The notes beneath the pieces are model-generated. The model ran no database searches. It was not told the DNA's origin and saw nothing but the letters and a program-made list of their open reading frames with translations. DNA of 48,184 bases from an uncultured archaeon (GTDB lineage: Archaea > Altiarchaeota > Altiarchaeia > IMC4 > SCGC-AAA252-I15): NCBI GenBank assembly GCA_964587725.1, contig CAZPLO010000009.1:1-48184 (forward strand), written 5' to 3'. Positions 9,417-18,708 of the stretch are shown here, piece by piece (the first letter of the stretch is position 1; each line of letters begins with the position of its first letter). The position numbers were made by a program, and so were the translations under genes.

Positions 9417-9614
9417 ATGACCACCAAGACTAAAGCCAAGGTTTTCAAACCAGACGGCCCGGCAGGCCCCGAGGAGACGCTGCCGCTGAAGAAAGTCATG
9501 GAAAGGCGTTCCGAGGAGAAGGAACACGACCCGTCTGTTGAGATGCCGCCGAGGAACCCTGTCGACAACTTCAGGACCAGGGCGAAAAACAACGGGAAAC
9601 TGGATTTGAAGTGA
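9417..9614 (+). CDS. Hypothetical 65-aa protein
   Basis: ATG about 24 nt after a TTTTTA box. Its stop overlaps the next GTG start. Confidence 0.55.
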   Translation: MTTKTKAKVFKPDGPAGPEETLPLKKVMERRSEEKEHDPSVEMPPRNPVDNFRTRAKNNGKLDLK

Positions 9615-9814
9615 GCGAATCTGATTCTAGCCTGCATGTGAAGGAGCGGGAGAAGAAGGCGTTGGAGAGGATGCGTGACGCCGCCGACGGCATAAGGGAG
9701 GCCGCCGACCAGGTGAGGGAGAAGTACTCCGGATTCGACGACGAACTGGACCAGGTTTCGGAGAAGGCGGAGAAGGTGAAGCAGCGGGCGGAGGAGAAAA
9801 TCAGGGAAGACTGA
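9611..9814 (+). CDS. Hypothetical 67-aa charged helical/coiled-coil protein
   Basis: GTGA overlap with the upstream ORF, typical codon usage, heptad-like charged sequence. Confidence 0.6.
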   Translation: MSESDSSLHVKEREKKALERMRDAADGIREAADQVREKYSGFDDELDQVSEKAEKVKQRAEEKIRED

Positions 9815-10724
9815 AGCACTCCTTCAGCATGTTCAGGCAGTCGTCTTCGTCCGTTGCGTTGAACACGTCGTATCCTTCTGGCGTTTCACCGCCTTTGTCG
9901 TTGACCGCCGCATTCACCTCCACGCCGAAGTTACCGCGTATCTCATCCAGCAGCCGCAGCTGCATGCCCAAATCCGCTTCCGGGTCTATGATGAACAAAA
10001 CCGTGTCTGCTAGGTATTTCAGCGCCAGCACGGCCTGCTTCTCCACGGTGTTCCGGTCCTCCATCGGGCGGTCCAGCAGCCCCGGGGAGTCGATTATCTG
10101 GTACTCCGTGTACTTCACCCTCCTGTATCCTACGAGTATGTCTGTGGTGGTGAACGGATAGGACGCTATCTTCACCTTCGACCCGGTGAGTGTGCGGACG
10201 AACGTGCTCTTGCCGGCGTTCGGCTGCCCAGCCACCACCAGCGTGGGCTCCTCCTTGAGGACGGGGAAAGACAACAGCACCCCCTTAACCTCAATCAGAT
10301 ACTTCAAATCGCCGTCCACCCTTTTCACGAACGAGCCAGCCCGGCCCATGAACGATTTGCTGTGGCCGGTTTCTTTCGTGGTCTTCAGCTTCCTCAATGT
10401 CTTGTTCTTCAGCGACTTAACACGGTCCCTGCACCACTTCACGGCCCCCAGGCTTTTCTTGTACCGGTCCCTCTTAACCCTCAGGTCGAGGAGGCTCTGG
10501 TGGAACTCCGACAACTCCTCGTAGCTTGGGAAGTACTTCACAACGGCGTTCAACTCACCCTCCATTATGGCCGCCATCCTCTCCACCCTCCTTATTTCGC
10601 CCGTCAACTCCTTCCCCGGCTTCTTCCGGCCCATCGCCCGCGCCCTTTTGGCTTCTCCGGCGCCGGCCTTGAACGCCTTGTCCATGAGGTCGTCGGCGGT
10701 GGGCACGTACGGCAGCTTAAACAT
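9801..10724 (-). CDS. NOG1-family GTP-binding protein
   Basis: N-terminal helical NOG1 domain (PTADDLMDKAF), GQPNAGKST, YPFTT, DSPGLLDRP...RN. Confidence 0.9.
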   Translation of the reverse strand: MFKLPYVPTADDLMDKAFKAGAGEAKRARAMGRKKPGKELTGEIRRVERMAAIMEGELNAVVKYFPSYEELSEFHQSLLDLRVKRDRYKKSLGAVKWCRDRVKSLKNKTLRKLKTTKETGHSKSFMGRAGSFVKRVDGDLKYLIEVKGVLLSFPVLKEEPTLVVAGQPNAGKSTFVRTLTGSKVKIASYPFTTTDILVGYRRVKYTEYQIIDSPGLLDRPMEDRNTVEKQAVLALKYLADTVLFIIDPEADLGMQLRLLDEIRGNFGVEVNAAVNDKGGETPEGYDVFNATDEDDCLNMLKECFSLP

Positions 10725-10762
10725 AGTATATATTATAGTCTATGTGAGTATTATGTAAGGAA

Positions 10763-11122
10763 ATGAGTCAGTCCACTGTTAAGATAAAGCACCTGGGTTT
10801 GTTTTCGACCGGAAAGTTCATGGCGGTGTTCACGCTGATACTCAACCTCGTGCTGTTGGGCGTCGGCGCCGCAACCTTCATAGTGTACATTGTGTTTGCG
10901 CTGCTGGCTGGGCTGTTGAGCGGCAGCTACGACGTGCTGGCGGGGTCGCTGGTGGTCGGCGGAGTAAGCCTGGTGACGTTCCTCGTCTCCGCTGCCGTTG
11001 GCTTGATTGCATCCGTCATCGTAGGCTTTTTCGCGGGCATGATTGTCGCGTTCGCATTCAACGTTGTAGTGAAGTTGTCGGGCGGGCTGGCGTTCGACGC
11101 CGACGTAGAGAGTAGAGGCTGA
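10763..11122 (+). CDS. Small membrane protein (DUF3566-like)
   Basis: Two to three TM segments, with 'KIKHLGLFSTGK' and 'FNVVVKLSGGL' termini. Confidence 0.7.
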   Translation: MSQSTVKIKHLGLFSTGKFMAVFTLILNLVLLGVGAATFIVYIVFALLAGLLSGSYDVLAGSLVVGGVSLVTFLVSAAVGLIASVIVGFFAGMIVAFAFNVVVKLSGGLAFDADVESRG

Positions 11123-12198
11123 TGGTTTCACTGGCTTTCATAGGCGACTGCCACCTCGGATACAGGCACCGGTTCAGGACCCAGCGTCTCAGAGACTACG
11201 TGAAATCCTTCGAAGAAGCTGTTAGGAAGGCGTTGAACATGGACCCGGACGCGGTGGTGTTCACCGGAGACCTCGTCCACCACAGCCGCCCCGACCCGGT
11301 GAGCATGCGCACCGTCCTGAAGAAGCTGATTGAGGTCGCGGAATCCTGTCCGGTCATAGTATGCATCGGCAACCACGAGATAGAAGGCCATTTGGGAACA
11401 ACATATACGCCGCTGTACAGTGACGTCCACGAAAACATACACGTGCTGAGCTCTGAGAGCCCGCACACGGTGCTGAAAATAGGGAGGAAGAACATCGGGT
11501 TCCACGGGTTCGAGTACACCCGCAGCCGGGAGCGCGCGGAAGACATGCTCCGCAGCGTGTCAGCCAACCTGGAAGGCGACGTCAACATACTCTGCATACA
11601 CCAGGCTGTTGAACGGTACCTGAACCCGCACGAAATTTCACTGTCCGCCCTCCGTGAGGTGGCGCCGTCGTACGACCTCATAGTCAGCGGCCACGTCCAC
11701 AGGCACCAGCCCATAGGGGAGGTGTCTGATGTTACGCCCGCGTTCTACTGCGGCAGCACCGAACGCATAAGCTTCAACGAGGCAGGCAACCGCACGGGGT
11801 TCATGTTCTTCGACGGCGACTTCACCAGCCCAAAGTACGTGAAGGTGAACTCCGCCGACATGGCCTGCGTGAAGGAGGATTTCCGGGGCACGCCGGAGGA
11901 GCTGAACAAGAGGCTGCGGGAGGTCATCGAATCCAATCAGGCGCCTCTGCTGAAGGTGGAGGTGTCCGCCGACCTGCAAGGCGACTTGATGGACGTGCGA
12001 CGAGACTGGAGTTCCTTCGAGGAGGGCCGCACCATCCTTGAAGTCAACGTCGTCCCCAGCTCAGAGGAAGCCGACATAACCCTGGAGCGCACCGAACTCA
12101 ACGAAGACCTCATCCGGGAATACTTCGAACGCACGGGCAACAGCAACCAGGAGCTGGTGAACCTGTGCATCGAACTCTACAACAAATACGGTGCCTAG
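11122..12198 (+). CDS. mre11: Mre11/SbcD-family DNA repair exonuclease
   Basis: Metallophosphoesterase motifs DCHLG, GDLVH, GNHE, HQ, GHVH, YCGSTERISFNE. Confidence 0.85.
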   Translation: MVSLAFIGDCHLGYRHRFRTQRLRDYVKSFEEAVRKALNMDPDAVVFTGDLVHHSRPDPVSMRTVLKKLIEVAESCPVIVCIGNHEIEGHLGTTYTPLYSDVHENIHVLSSESPHTVLKIGRKNIGFHGFEYTRSRERAEDMLRSVSANLEGDVNILCIHQAVERYLNPHEISLSALREVAPSYDLIVSGHVHRHQPIGEVSDVTPAFYCGSTERISFNEAGNRTGFMFFDGDFTSPKYVKVNSADMACVKEDFRGTPEELNKRLREVIESNQAPLLKVEVSADLQGDLMDVRRDWSSFEEGRTILEVNVVPSSEEADITLERTELNEDLIREYFERTGNSNQELVNLCIELYNKYGA

Positions 12199-12679
12199 GA
12201 TGCAGCGGACGAGGCAGGGCGAATCTCCCTCCTACTACACGGTATTGGAGGGGCCTCCCGCAACCCCTTGCATGACCCACCCCCATGAAGATATCGACGA
12301 CGCATTAATCAACGCGAGGGAGAAGATGCGGCTCCTGCGCAAGGCGGTCGGCGACGTCTCCGAACCCGTGATGTTGGTGGGCCCCACCGACCCCATCCGT
12401 CTCCGCCGGCCGGCAATGCGGTAGAGGGCGTCCCCGACGACTCCGTAACACTAGCCTCCTCGGATTTGTTCTTCACCCCGGAGCTGGTTCCCAACCACCG
12501 CCTCCGCGACTTCATGGGGGGGGATGAAACGGGTCATCCGTCCCGGCGGGCACCTGGGCATCGGCGGCCTGCTTGAGGAAGCATACGGCGACATCAGCCA
12601 GATAATGGAGGTGGGCAGGATGGAGCCGGTAAGCCGACACAGTGTTTTGACCTTATACTGGTCCGCCCGGAAAAGGTAA
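12191..12679 (+). pseudogene. Frameshifted paralog of the downstream SAM-methyltransferase-like gene
   Basis: Three consecutive reading frames give '...YYTVLEGP...', 'VPDDSVTLASSDLFF...LRDFMG' and 'MKRVIRPGGHLGIGG...ARKR*'. The second shift lies in a G8 run at 12516-12523. Confidence 0.6.
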
Positions 12680-12729
12680 CATCAGGGAAACCATGGGGGT
12701 ATTAGCTTTGCTCTTCCTATTACTATTCC

Positions 12730-13482
12730 ATGGAAGCGGAGAGGAACAGCAGGCGGAGTCCGTTGGAGGCTACGGAACTCTACACCGTATTATTCCACCC
12801 CAACGGTCCCGACCCGGCCTATACGCGGGGCGGGTTCTCCGAAAAATCAAGGGCTAAGGCGATGTGGGATAAAATGCTGGAATCCGTTGGGCCGCTGGTG
12901 GGTGTAGGCGAACTGTCCGCCGTGGCTATTCTGGAACCCAAGCCCCTGATAGAAGCCCACGCCACATCCATAGTGAACGGGGTGGTCAGGGAGTCTCGGC
13001 CGGTTGTGAAGTCGTTCCCTGAAGTAGACTACGCGTTCCGGGAGTTCCCCGCATTGGAGAGGCTTTATCTGGTGGAGCCGAACGACAGATACCTGTTCAA
13101 GTTGAAGCATCAGCTCTCCACTCTGCCGCCGGAGCAGCAGAGAAGGATTACTGTCGTGGCTCAGGGACCCAACCACCTAAGCTGGAGCGGTGGGGGAATA
13201 ACAGAGGAGTCGGCGGGCCTGGTCCTAAGCCACCAGGGTTTCGCTGACATCCTGAAGTCCACGGCCCCCTTCCACGGGGGTCCGCGCCTGGACGGCACGT
13301 CGGTGCTGAGGGACTCAATACCCGAGGTTTCTAGGATACTGAAACCAGGCGGGATCGTGGCATACAATGGATTGGATGTGGAGACACTGGAGAAATACAA
13401 TTTAATAGGTTTGTTCACAGACTATAACCTGGAGCCGACCAAGGTTCCTGGCGGGGGCGAATGCTTTATGAAGAGAAAATGA
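12730..13482 (+). CDS. Divergent class I SAM-dependent methyltransferase-like protein
   Basis: C-terminal 'ITEESAGLVLS' and 'IPEVSRILKPGGIVAY' motifs. No clear GxGxG motif I. Confidence 0.55.
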   Translation: MEAERNSRRSPLEATELYTVLFHPNGPDPAYTRGGFSEKSRAKAMWDKMLESVGPLVGVGELSAVAILEPKPLIEAHATSIVNGVVRESRPVVKSFPEVDYAFREFPALERLYLVEPNDRYLFKLKHQLSTLPPEQQRRITVVAQGPNHLSWSGGGITEESAGLVLSHQGFADILKSTAPFHGGPRLDGTSVLRDSIPEVSRILKPGGIVAYNGLDVETLEKYNLIGLFTDYNLEPTKVPGGGECFMKRK

Positions 13483-14141
13483 TGTCTTTCAACAACCGGT
13501 TCGACGACCTGGTGGGCGGACTGCAGGAGGGTGTGGTGACGCAGTTCTACGGGCCGCCGGCGTCGGGGAAAACTAATCTAGCGTTGATAGCGGCCACTCA
13601 GGCGTTGGGCAGAGGCAAAGTGGTATATGTGGACCCGGAGGGCGGGTTCAGCGTGGAGCGTTTGAAGCAGATAGCAGGAAACAGGTTCGACGAGGTGTTG
13701 AGCAACATAGTGCTGCTGTCCCCCACGACATTCGAGGAGCAGCGGGTGGCTGTGTCGAAGATAGAGGATGTTGTGTCGTCGATGAAGGTGTCGCTGGTGA
13801 TAGTGGACAGCATAGCCATGCTCTACCGGATGGAGGAGGACAAGGACGTCCGCATGCTCGGCAGGATGCTCGCGCAGCTGTTGCGCATAGCCAGGAAATA
13901 CGACATATCCGTGATGCTCACCAACCAGGTGTACAGCGAATTCGACACCAACATAATACGGCCGATAGGCGGCCAAATCACGGAGTACTTCACAAAAAAC
14001 ATAGTGGAACTGTGCAGGCGGGAGGACGGCACCAGATACGCCGTCTTGAGGAGACACCAGAGCCAGCCGGCGGGATTGAGCCTCGACTTCACCATAACAT
14101 CCGCCGGCGTAGAGTCGACAAGGGAAATGTATAAAGTTTAA
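13479..14141 (+). CDS. radB: DNA repair and recombination protein RadB
   Basis: RecA core only (~220 aa) with YGPPASGKTN, LVIVDS, TNQVY, and a basic RRH patch near the C-terminus. Confidence 0.9.
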   Translation: MMSFNNRFDDLVGGLQEGVVTQFYGPPASGKTNLALIAATQALGRGKVVYVDPEGGFSVERLKQIAGNRFDEVLSNIVLLSPTTFEEQRVAVSKIEDVVSSMKVSLVIVDSIAMLYRMEEDKDVRMLGRMLAQLLRIARKYDISVMLTNQVYSEFDTNIIRPIGGQITEYFTKNIVELCRREDGTRYAVLRRHQSQPAGLSLDFTITSAGVESTREMYKV

Positions 14142-17047
14142 AATATTTCAAATTCCTCCACCTTCTCTTCCGCGCCGTCGACTTTTCCGCCGCCGATGGC
14201 GAGGCTTGGTTTTCCGCCTCCGCCCCCGCCGAGTTCAGCCGACAGTTTTTTGCAGATTTCCCCGGCGTTGTGTTCGGAGCTGGATGCGACAACCACATTC
14301 ACCCTCTCACCGGCTTTGTTGAGCAGTATAACCAGCCTGCCTTCTTCTTCGACCGCCTGGTTGGCGGCCTCCGTCAGAGCCTTCACCGACAGCCCCGACG
14401 TCACATATTTCACCACACTCTGTTGCCTGAATTTTTCCTCCAGTTCCCCCGCCAGACTGCCTCCTTTTTCGGCGCGCAACTTCTCCAGTGTCTTCCTGTT
14501 CCGCTTCCACGCGCCGAAGAGTTTTTCGGCTGCGTCGGCTAGGTCATCCGCCGACTTTATTCTTTCGGATTCTCCGCCGGTTTTTTCAATCTCCGAGGCG
14601 TCCGCCTCGTATTCCTTCATGAACCGTTCCACCGTCTGCGGCAGCTTCGCTGGCTGGACCTTCAGTATGCCTGCTGCCTTGGCGAGTCTGCCGGGGTCGT
14701 ATGATGGGTGTTTGACTTTGAAACCGAGTTTGTCCAACGCCTCTCCGAACAGTTCCTCCTCCCTGCCCGTCTGTTTCTCGGCCGCTCCGCCGGCGGTGAA
14801 CTCCAGACGGACGACGCCGTCCTGTATGCGTTTCGCGGACAGCATCTTAATGTGTCCCGTCTCCTCCGTATTCTTCAAATGTGTTCCGCCGCATGCTTCC
14901 ACGTCAATGCCTTCTACATTCACTATCCGGAGTTCGGTTCCGGGGACGGCGCCGCCCTGGTAGATGCTCATCCCGTATTTTTCTTCGGCGTCGTTTCGCT
15001 TCATCCACTGTATGCCTATGGGATGTGCTTCGTCCACGATGGCGTTCGCCCTCTTTTCTATCTCATCCACCTCGTCCTTGTCCACCGCCTTGTAGTGTGT
15101 GATGTCCAGCCTCGAGCTTCTGACGCTCTTGTGGGCGCCCGCCTGATACACGTGCGGCCCCAGCACATCCCGGGCCGCCGCGTTCACGATGTGGGTTGCG
15201 GTGTGGTGCTGCATCAGCTGCGTCCGCCGTGTTTCGTCAACAAATCCAAAAACTTTAGTGCCTATGATACTCTCGTCATTCCAGTATGAGGGGGAGTCTT
15301 TTATTTTATGAGCAATTAGTCCTCCCTTCCTCTTTTGAACATCTACAACCTCATATCTGTTATTTCCAATCTGCAGATGTCCGTAGTCTGCCTCTTGACC
15401 TCCCGATTCTGGATAAAATGCCGTCTGATTAAGGAGTATGGATCCAATGTCCTGTCCCTTACCAGCTTTGATAGGTCCGCTTGCTGCCATGACATTTGCT
15501 TCAAATTTTAACATGTACGGGTCTTCATAATACAATTTTCTTGTTTGTGGGACATCACCAAAGTCTTCATCTACTTCCTCCTCCTTCTTCTCTGTCTGCC
15601 GTTGGTGCCGTTCCTCCACGAGGCGGTAGAAGTTGTCCGGTATTTCAGAGCCTGTGATTTCTCTTATCAAGTCGGGGGTTATGCCGTGGCTGTCGTAGAG
15701 TTCAACCATCCTTTCAACGGTCATCTCGTCTTCATTCTCCACCAGCCTCCTCCCCTTCTCGCGGGTTTCCCTGTAGCGTTCCTTCTCCACCGCAATAATA
15801 TCGTACAGGCTGCCGGTGTCTTTGAGTTCGGTGTACCAGCCGCCGAATTCTTTCACGTGTTCTTCAAAGACCCTCTCAAGTTCGAGTTCGAGCTGGAACT
15901 CGTCCATGAGCGACCAACACCTCCTCAATATGTTCCTTAGATTGTAGCCTCCGCCGACGTTCGAGGGGAGGGCGCCGTCGTGTATCGCAACCAACAACGT
16001 GCGGGTGTGGTCCGCCATGGCGTAGAGGGCGCGCATCTCGTAGACGCGTTTCTTCAGCTCCGCCATCTCCAACCCCATCTCCTTCGCTATGGTGCCCCAG
16101 ACGCTGCCGATGTCCTCGACCTCGTCGATGTCCAGCATGCCGCTGTACCGTCCGAATGTGGCCATGAATTTTTCATCGAACTTGAAACCGGTTGTCTTAT
16201 AGATGTACTTCATCACCTCCGGGAACGCTGCGTCGTAGCTCATTGGGTTGCCTTGGCTGTACCACGCCCACCGCTCCAGGCCGGCGCCCATGTCGATGAC
16301 CTTCGTCTTCAGCTCACGGTTGCTGCCGTCCTGTAACACCTCATACTGCATGTACACCTGGTTGCCGAGCTCCAAACCCCTTGAGAAAAACTCCATGCTC
16401 GGCCCGTAGTTGCCGCCGCCCGCCCACACGTCCTCGTGGTAGACTATCTCCTCCGCCTTGATTCCAAGGCCTTGGGTGAGGAACTCGTGAATCTGCAGTA
16501 TGCCCTCGTCTTTGAAGTAGACGTGCCGTTCCGGGGTGTTGAAGGTGTGCTGCCCCACCATGATGAATCCCGTATAGTGTCTTCCGGTTACGCCGACGGA
16601 GTCCATGTCCTGGAACCGGAGGCAGAACTGAGGCTCCAACACGGCGGGCGCCGGCGGCTCCACCTCCCCTGACACCACGTACGGCTGGAAGTCGTTTACG
16701 CCGGCGTTGACGAAATACAGGTCCTCGTACCAGCGGCAGACTACGGGGTAGCGTTTGATGGGTTTGTAACCCCATTTACTGAAGGTCTTCACGTACTCGT
16801 CCCACGCCTCCCTGTACTTGAACCGTTTGCGGGTGAGTTTTTCGCCGATGAAACGGTATCCGCCGCTGCAGGCGGGTTCGTCGCAGACGTCCCGTTCCGA
16901 CGCACTCCAGAAGCCGCGGCCGCAGTTTGAACAGACCCTTCGGGCGAAGCCCACGCTCTCCAGTGACTCGGCGGGATAGTACTTGCGAAAGTTTTTGTGG
17001 AACTCCGGCTTCTTCTCCGCCTTCAATGCCCGGAAATCGAACGCCAT
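14138..17047 (-). CDS. alaS: Alanine--tRNA ligase (archaeal type)
   Basis: N-terminal CxxC motif, QFCLRF, GRHYTGF, GLELGNQV, DHTRT, editing HTATH and ACGGTH motifs, C-Ala GGGGG. Confidence 0.97.
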   Translation of the reverse strand: MAFDFRALKAEKKPEFHKNFRKYYPAESLESVGFARRVCSNCGRGFWSASERDVCDEPACSGGYRFIGEKLTRKRFKYREAWDEYVKTFSKWGYKPIKRYPVVCRWYEDLYFVNAGVNDFQPYVVSGEVEPPAPAVLEPQFCLRFQDMDSVGVTGRHYTGFIMVGQHTFNTPERHVYFKDEGILQIHEFLTQGLGIKAEEIVYHEDVWAGGGNYGPSMEFFSRGLELGNQVYMQYEVLQDGSNRELKTKVIDMGAGLERWAWYSQGNPMSYDAAFPEVMKYIYKTTGFKFDEKFMATFGRYSGMLDIDEVEDIGSVWGTIAKEMGLEMAELKKRVYEMRALYAMADHTRTLLVAIHDGALPSNVGGGYNLRNILRRCWSLMDEFQLELELERVFEEHVKEFGGWYTELKDTGSLYDIIAVEKERYRETREKGRRLVENEDEMTVERMVELYDSHGITPDLIREITGSEIPDNFYRLVEERHQRQTEKKEEEVDEDFGDVPQTRKLYYEDPYMLKFEANVMAASGPIKAGKGQDIGSILLNQTAFYPESGGQEADYGHLQIGNNRYEVVDVQKRKGGLIAHKIKDSPSYWNDESIIGTKVFGFVDETRRTQLMQHHTATHIVNAAARDVLGPHVYQAGAHKSVRSSRLDITHYKAVDKDEVDEIEKRANAIVDEAHPIGIQWMKRNDAEEKYGMSIYQGGAVPGTELRIVNVEGIDVEACGGTHLKNTEETGHIKMLSAKRIQDGVVRLEFTAGGAAEKQTGREEELFGEALDKLGFKVKHPSYDPGRLAKAAGILKVQPAKLPQTVERFMKEYEADASEIEKTGGESERIKSADDLADAAEKLFGAWKRNRKTLEKLRAEKGGSLAGELEEKFRQQSVVKYVTSGLSVKALTEAANQAVEEEGRLVILLNKAGERVNVVVASSSEHNAGEICKKLSAELGGGGGGKPSLAIGGGKVDGAEEKVEEFEIF

Positions 17048-17057
17048 CGGAATATAT

Positions 17058-18119
17058 TCACCGTTTCTTTTTTATTAAGTGTACCGTCAACCCCGCCAGC
17101 GTCAAAGTGCCTGAAAACATCATCAATTGGTCGAACCCCCACAGCTGGGTTATCACGCCGGCGGCGATGGGCCCTATTATCCTGGCCGTGCTCCTCGCCG
17201 AACTGAACAGCCCTATGACGGTCGCTTTCTCGGCATTCCTGGCCGTCAACAATCCCATGGCGCCGATACTCAACGCACTCCACGCCGCCGCCAGCGTCAC
17301 CTGAATGGGTATGGCGTGGAGGTAGTGGGTGGGGAACACGTAGGAGTAGAAGGTTACGGCAGACAGTATCAGACCCCACCTGAACAGGCGGGCGTAGTCT
17401 ATGCGGTCCACAAACTGTTTCAGCAGGAACTGTGTTCCGGTGTTGATGAAATACAGTATCCCAATCCAGGTGCTGCTAGCCCCCAACCCCACGAAGTAGA
17501 TGGGGAGGAACGCCCATATGCTGTACGCGCCTATGTCACGCATCAGGAACGGGAGGTAGACGTTCAAGTTCTTTTTTATGATTTTATACGGCATCAGCGG
17601 CACCTTCAGCTTCCTGGAATTCACCTCCGGCAGCCGCAGCGCGATGAGGAAGCTGATGAAGAAGAACACGCTGCTCAGTGTGAACACCCGCGCGTACACC
17701 GCCACTATCCCTGCTATGAGGTTGCCGGCGCCCCAGCCGAGGCTTTCGAAGGCGGTGTATTTGCCGAGTTTCTTCCCGCTTTCGACTCCGTATATGACGA
17801 GGCTGCTGTAGAATACGCCGATGCTGAAGCCGCACAGCGCCCGCACCATGAACAATGTTATTTCGTCGTAGGCGAACACCTGCATCATGAATGTGAGCGC
17901 CGACAACAGCATCCCCCCCTTTATCAGTGCTTCGCGGCCGCGTTTGTCGCTCACCCACCCGAAGATGTAGAATGATATGAGGGACATGAGCCCGTACACC
18001 GCCACGATGGCGCCCGTCTCTATTCTGGAGGCGCCCATGCCCTCCGCAATCAGCGGAATGAACAGCACGCTCATGCCTGCGGATGCTGTGCTGAGGAAGA
18101 ATATGGCGTTGGCCTTCAT
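17058..18119 (-). CDS. MFS transporter
   Basis: About 12 TM segments and MFS motif A 'GWVSDKRGR'. Start placed at ATG 18119. Confidence 0.88.
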   Translation of the reverse strand: MKANAIFFLSTASAGMSVLFIPLIAEGMGASRIETGAIVAVYGLMSLISFYIFGWVSDKRGREALIKGGMLLSALTFMMQVFAYDEITLFMVRALCGFSIGVFYSSLVIYGVESGKKLGKYTAFESLGWGAGNLIAGIVAVYARVFTLSSVFFFISFLIALRLPEVNSRKLKVPLMPYKIIKKNLNVYLPFLMRDIGAYSIWAFLPIYFVGLGASSTWIGILYFINTGTQFLLKQFVDRIDYARLFRWGLILSAVTFYSYVFPTHYLHAIPIQVTLAAAWSALSIGAMGLLTARNAEKATVIGLFSSARSTARIIGPIAAGVITQLWGFDQLMMFSGTLTLAGLTVHLIKKKR

Positions 18120-18159
18120 AGGTGAAGTTATAAACACTCCAGCGTTAAATCCATTTATA

Positions 18160-18708
18160 GTGGACGTGTTGTTCGCAACCAGCAACCAGCATAAGGTCAG
18201 GGAAGCCAACCAGGTGGGCAGGGAATATAATGTTGCATTCAAGCAGGTGAACGTCCTCTACCCGGAGGTGCGTTCTGAGTCCGTCCGGAAGGTGGCGGAG
18301 GAGGGCGTCAAGTACGTGTACGGGCAGATAAAACGCCCCATCATAGTGGAGGACTCCGGGCTGTTCATAGAGGCGTTGAACGGCTTTCCCGGCCCCTACA
18401 GCGCCTACGTGTACGGGAAGATAGGGTGTGAGGGCATCCTCCGTCTCATGTCCGGGCTGGAGAATAGAAAAGCCAGGTTCGTATCCGCCATAGGATTCCA
18501 CGACCGCCGCGGAACCGAAGTCTTCGAGGGCATGGTGGAGGGGTTCATCACCGGGGAGGCGAGGGGCGACAAGGGCTTCGGATACGACCCGGTGTTCAAG
18601 TCAGCAGACGTCCCGAAGACGTTCGCCGAAGATTTGAAACACAAGAACATGGTGTCGCACAGGCGCAAGGCTAACGAGCTGCTGTGTCGTTTCCTGAATT
18701 CTCGATAG
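18160..18708 (+). CDS. rdgB: XTP/dITP diphosphatase (RdgB/Ham1)
   Basis: FATSNQHK, EDSGL, GFPGPYS, GFGYDPVF, KNMVSHR. GTG start at 18160. Confidence 0.95.
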   Translation: MDVLFATSNQHKVREANQVGREYNVAFKQVNVLYPEVRSESVRKVAEEGVKYVYGQIKRPIIVEDSGLFIEALNGFPGPYSAYVYGKIGCEGILRLMSGLENRKARFVSAIGFHDRRGTEVFEGMVEGFITGEARGDKGFGYDPVFKSADVPKTFAEDLKHKNMVSHRRKANELLCRFLNSR

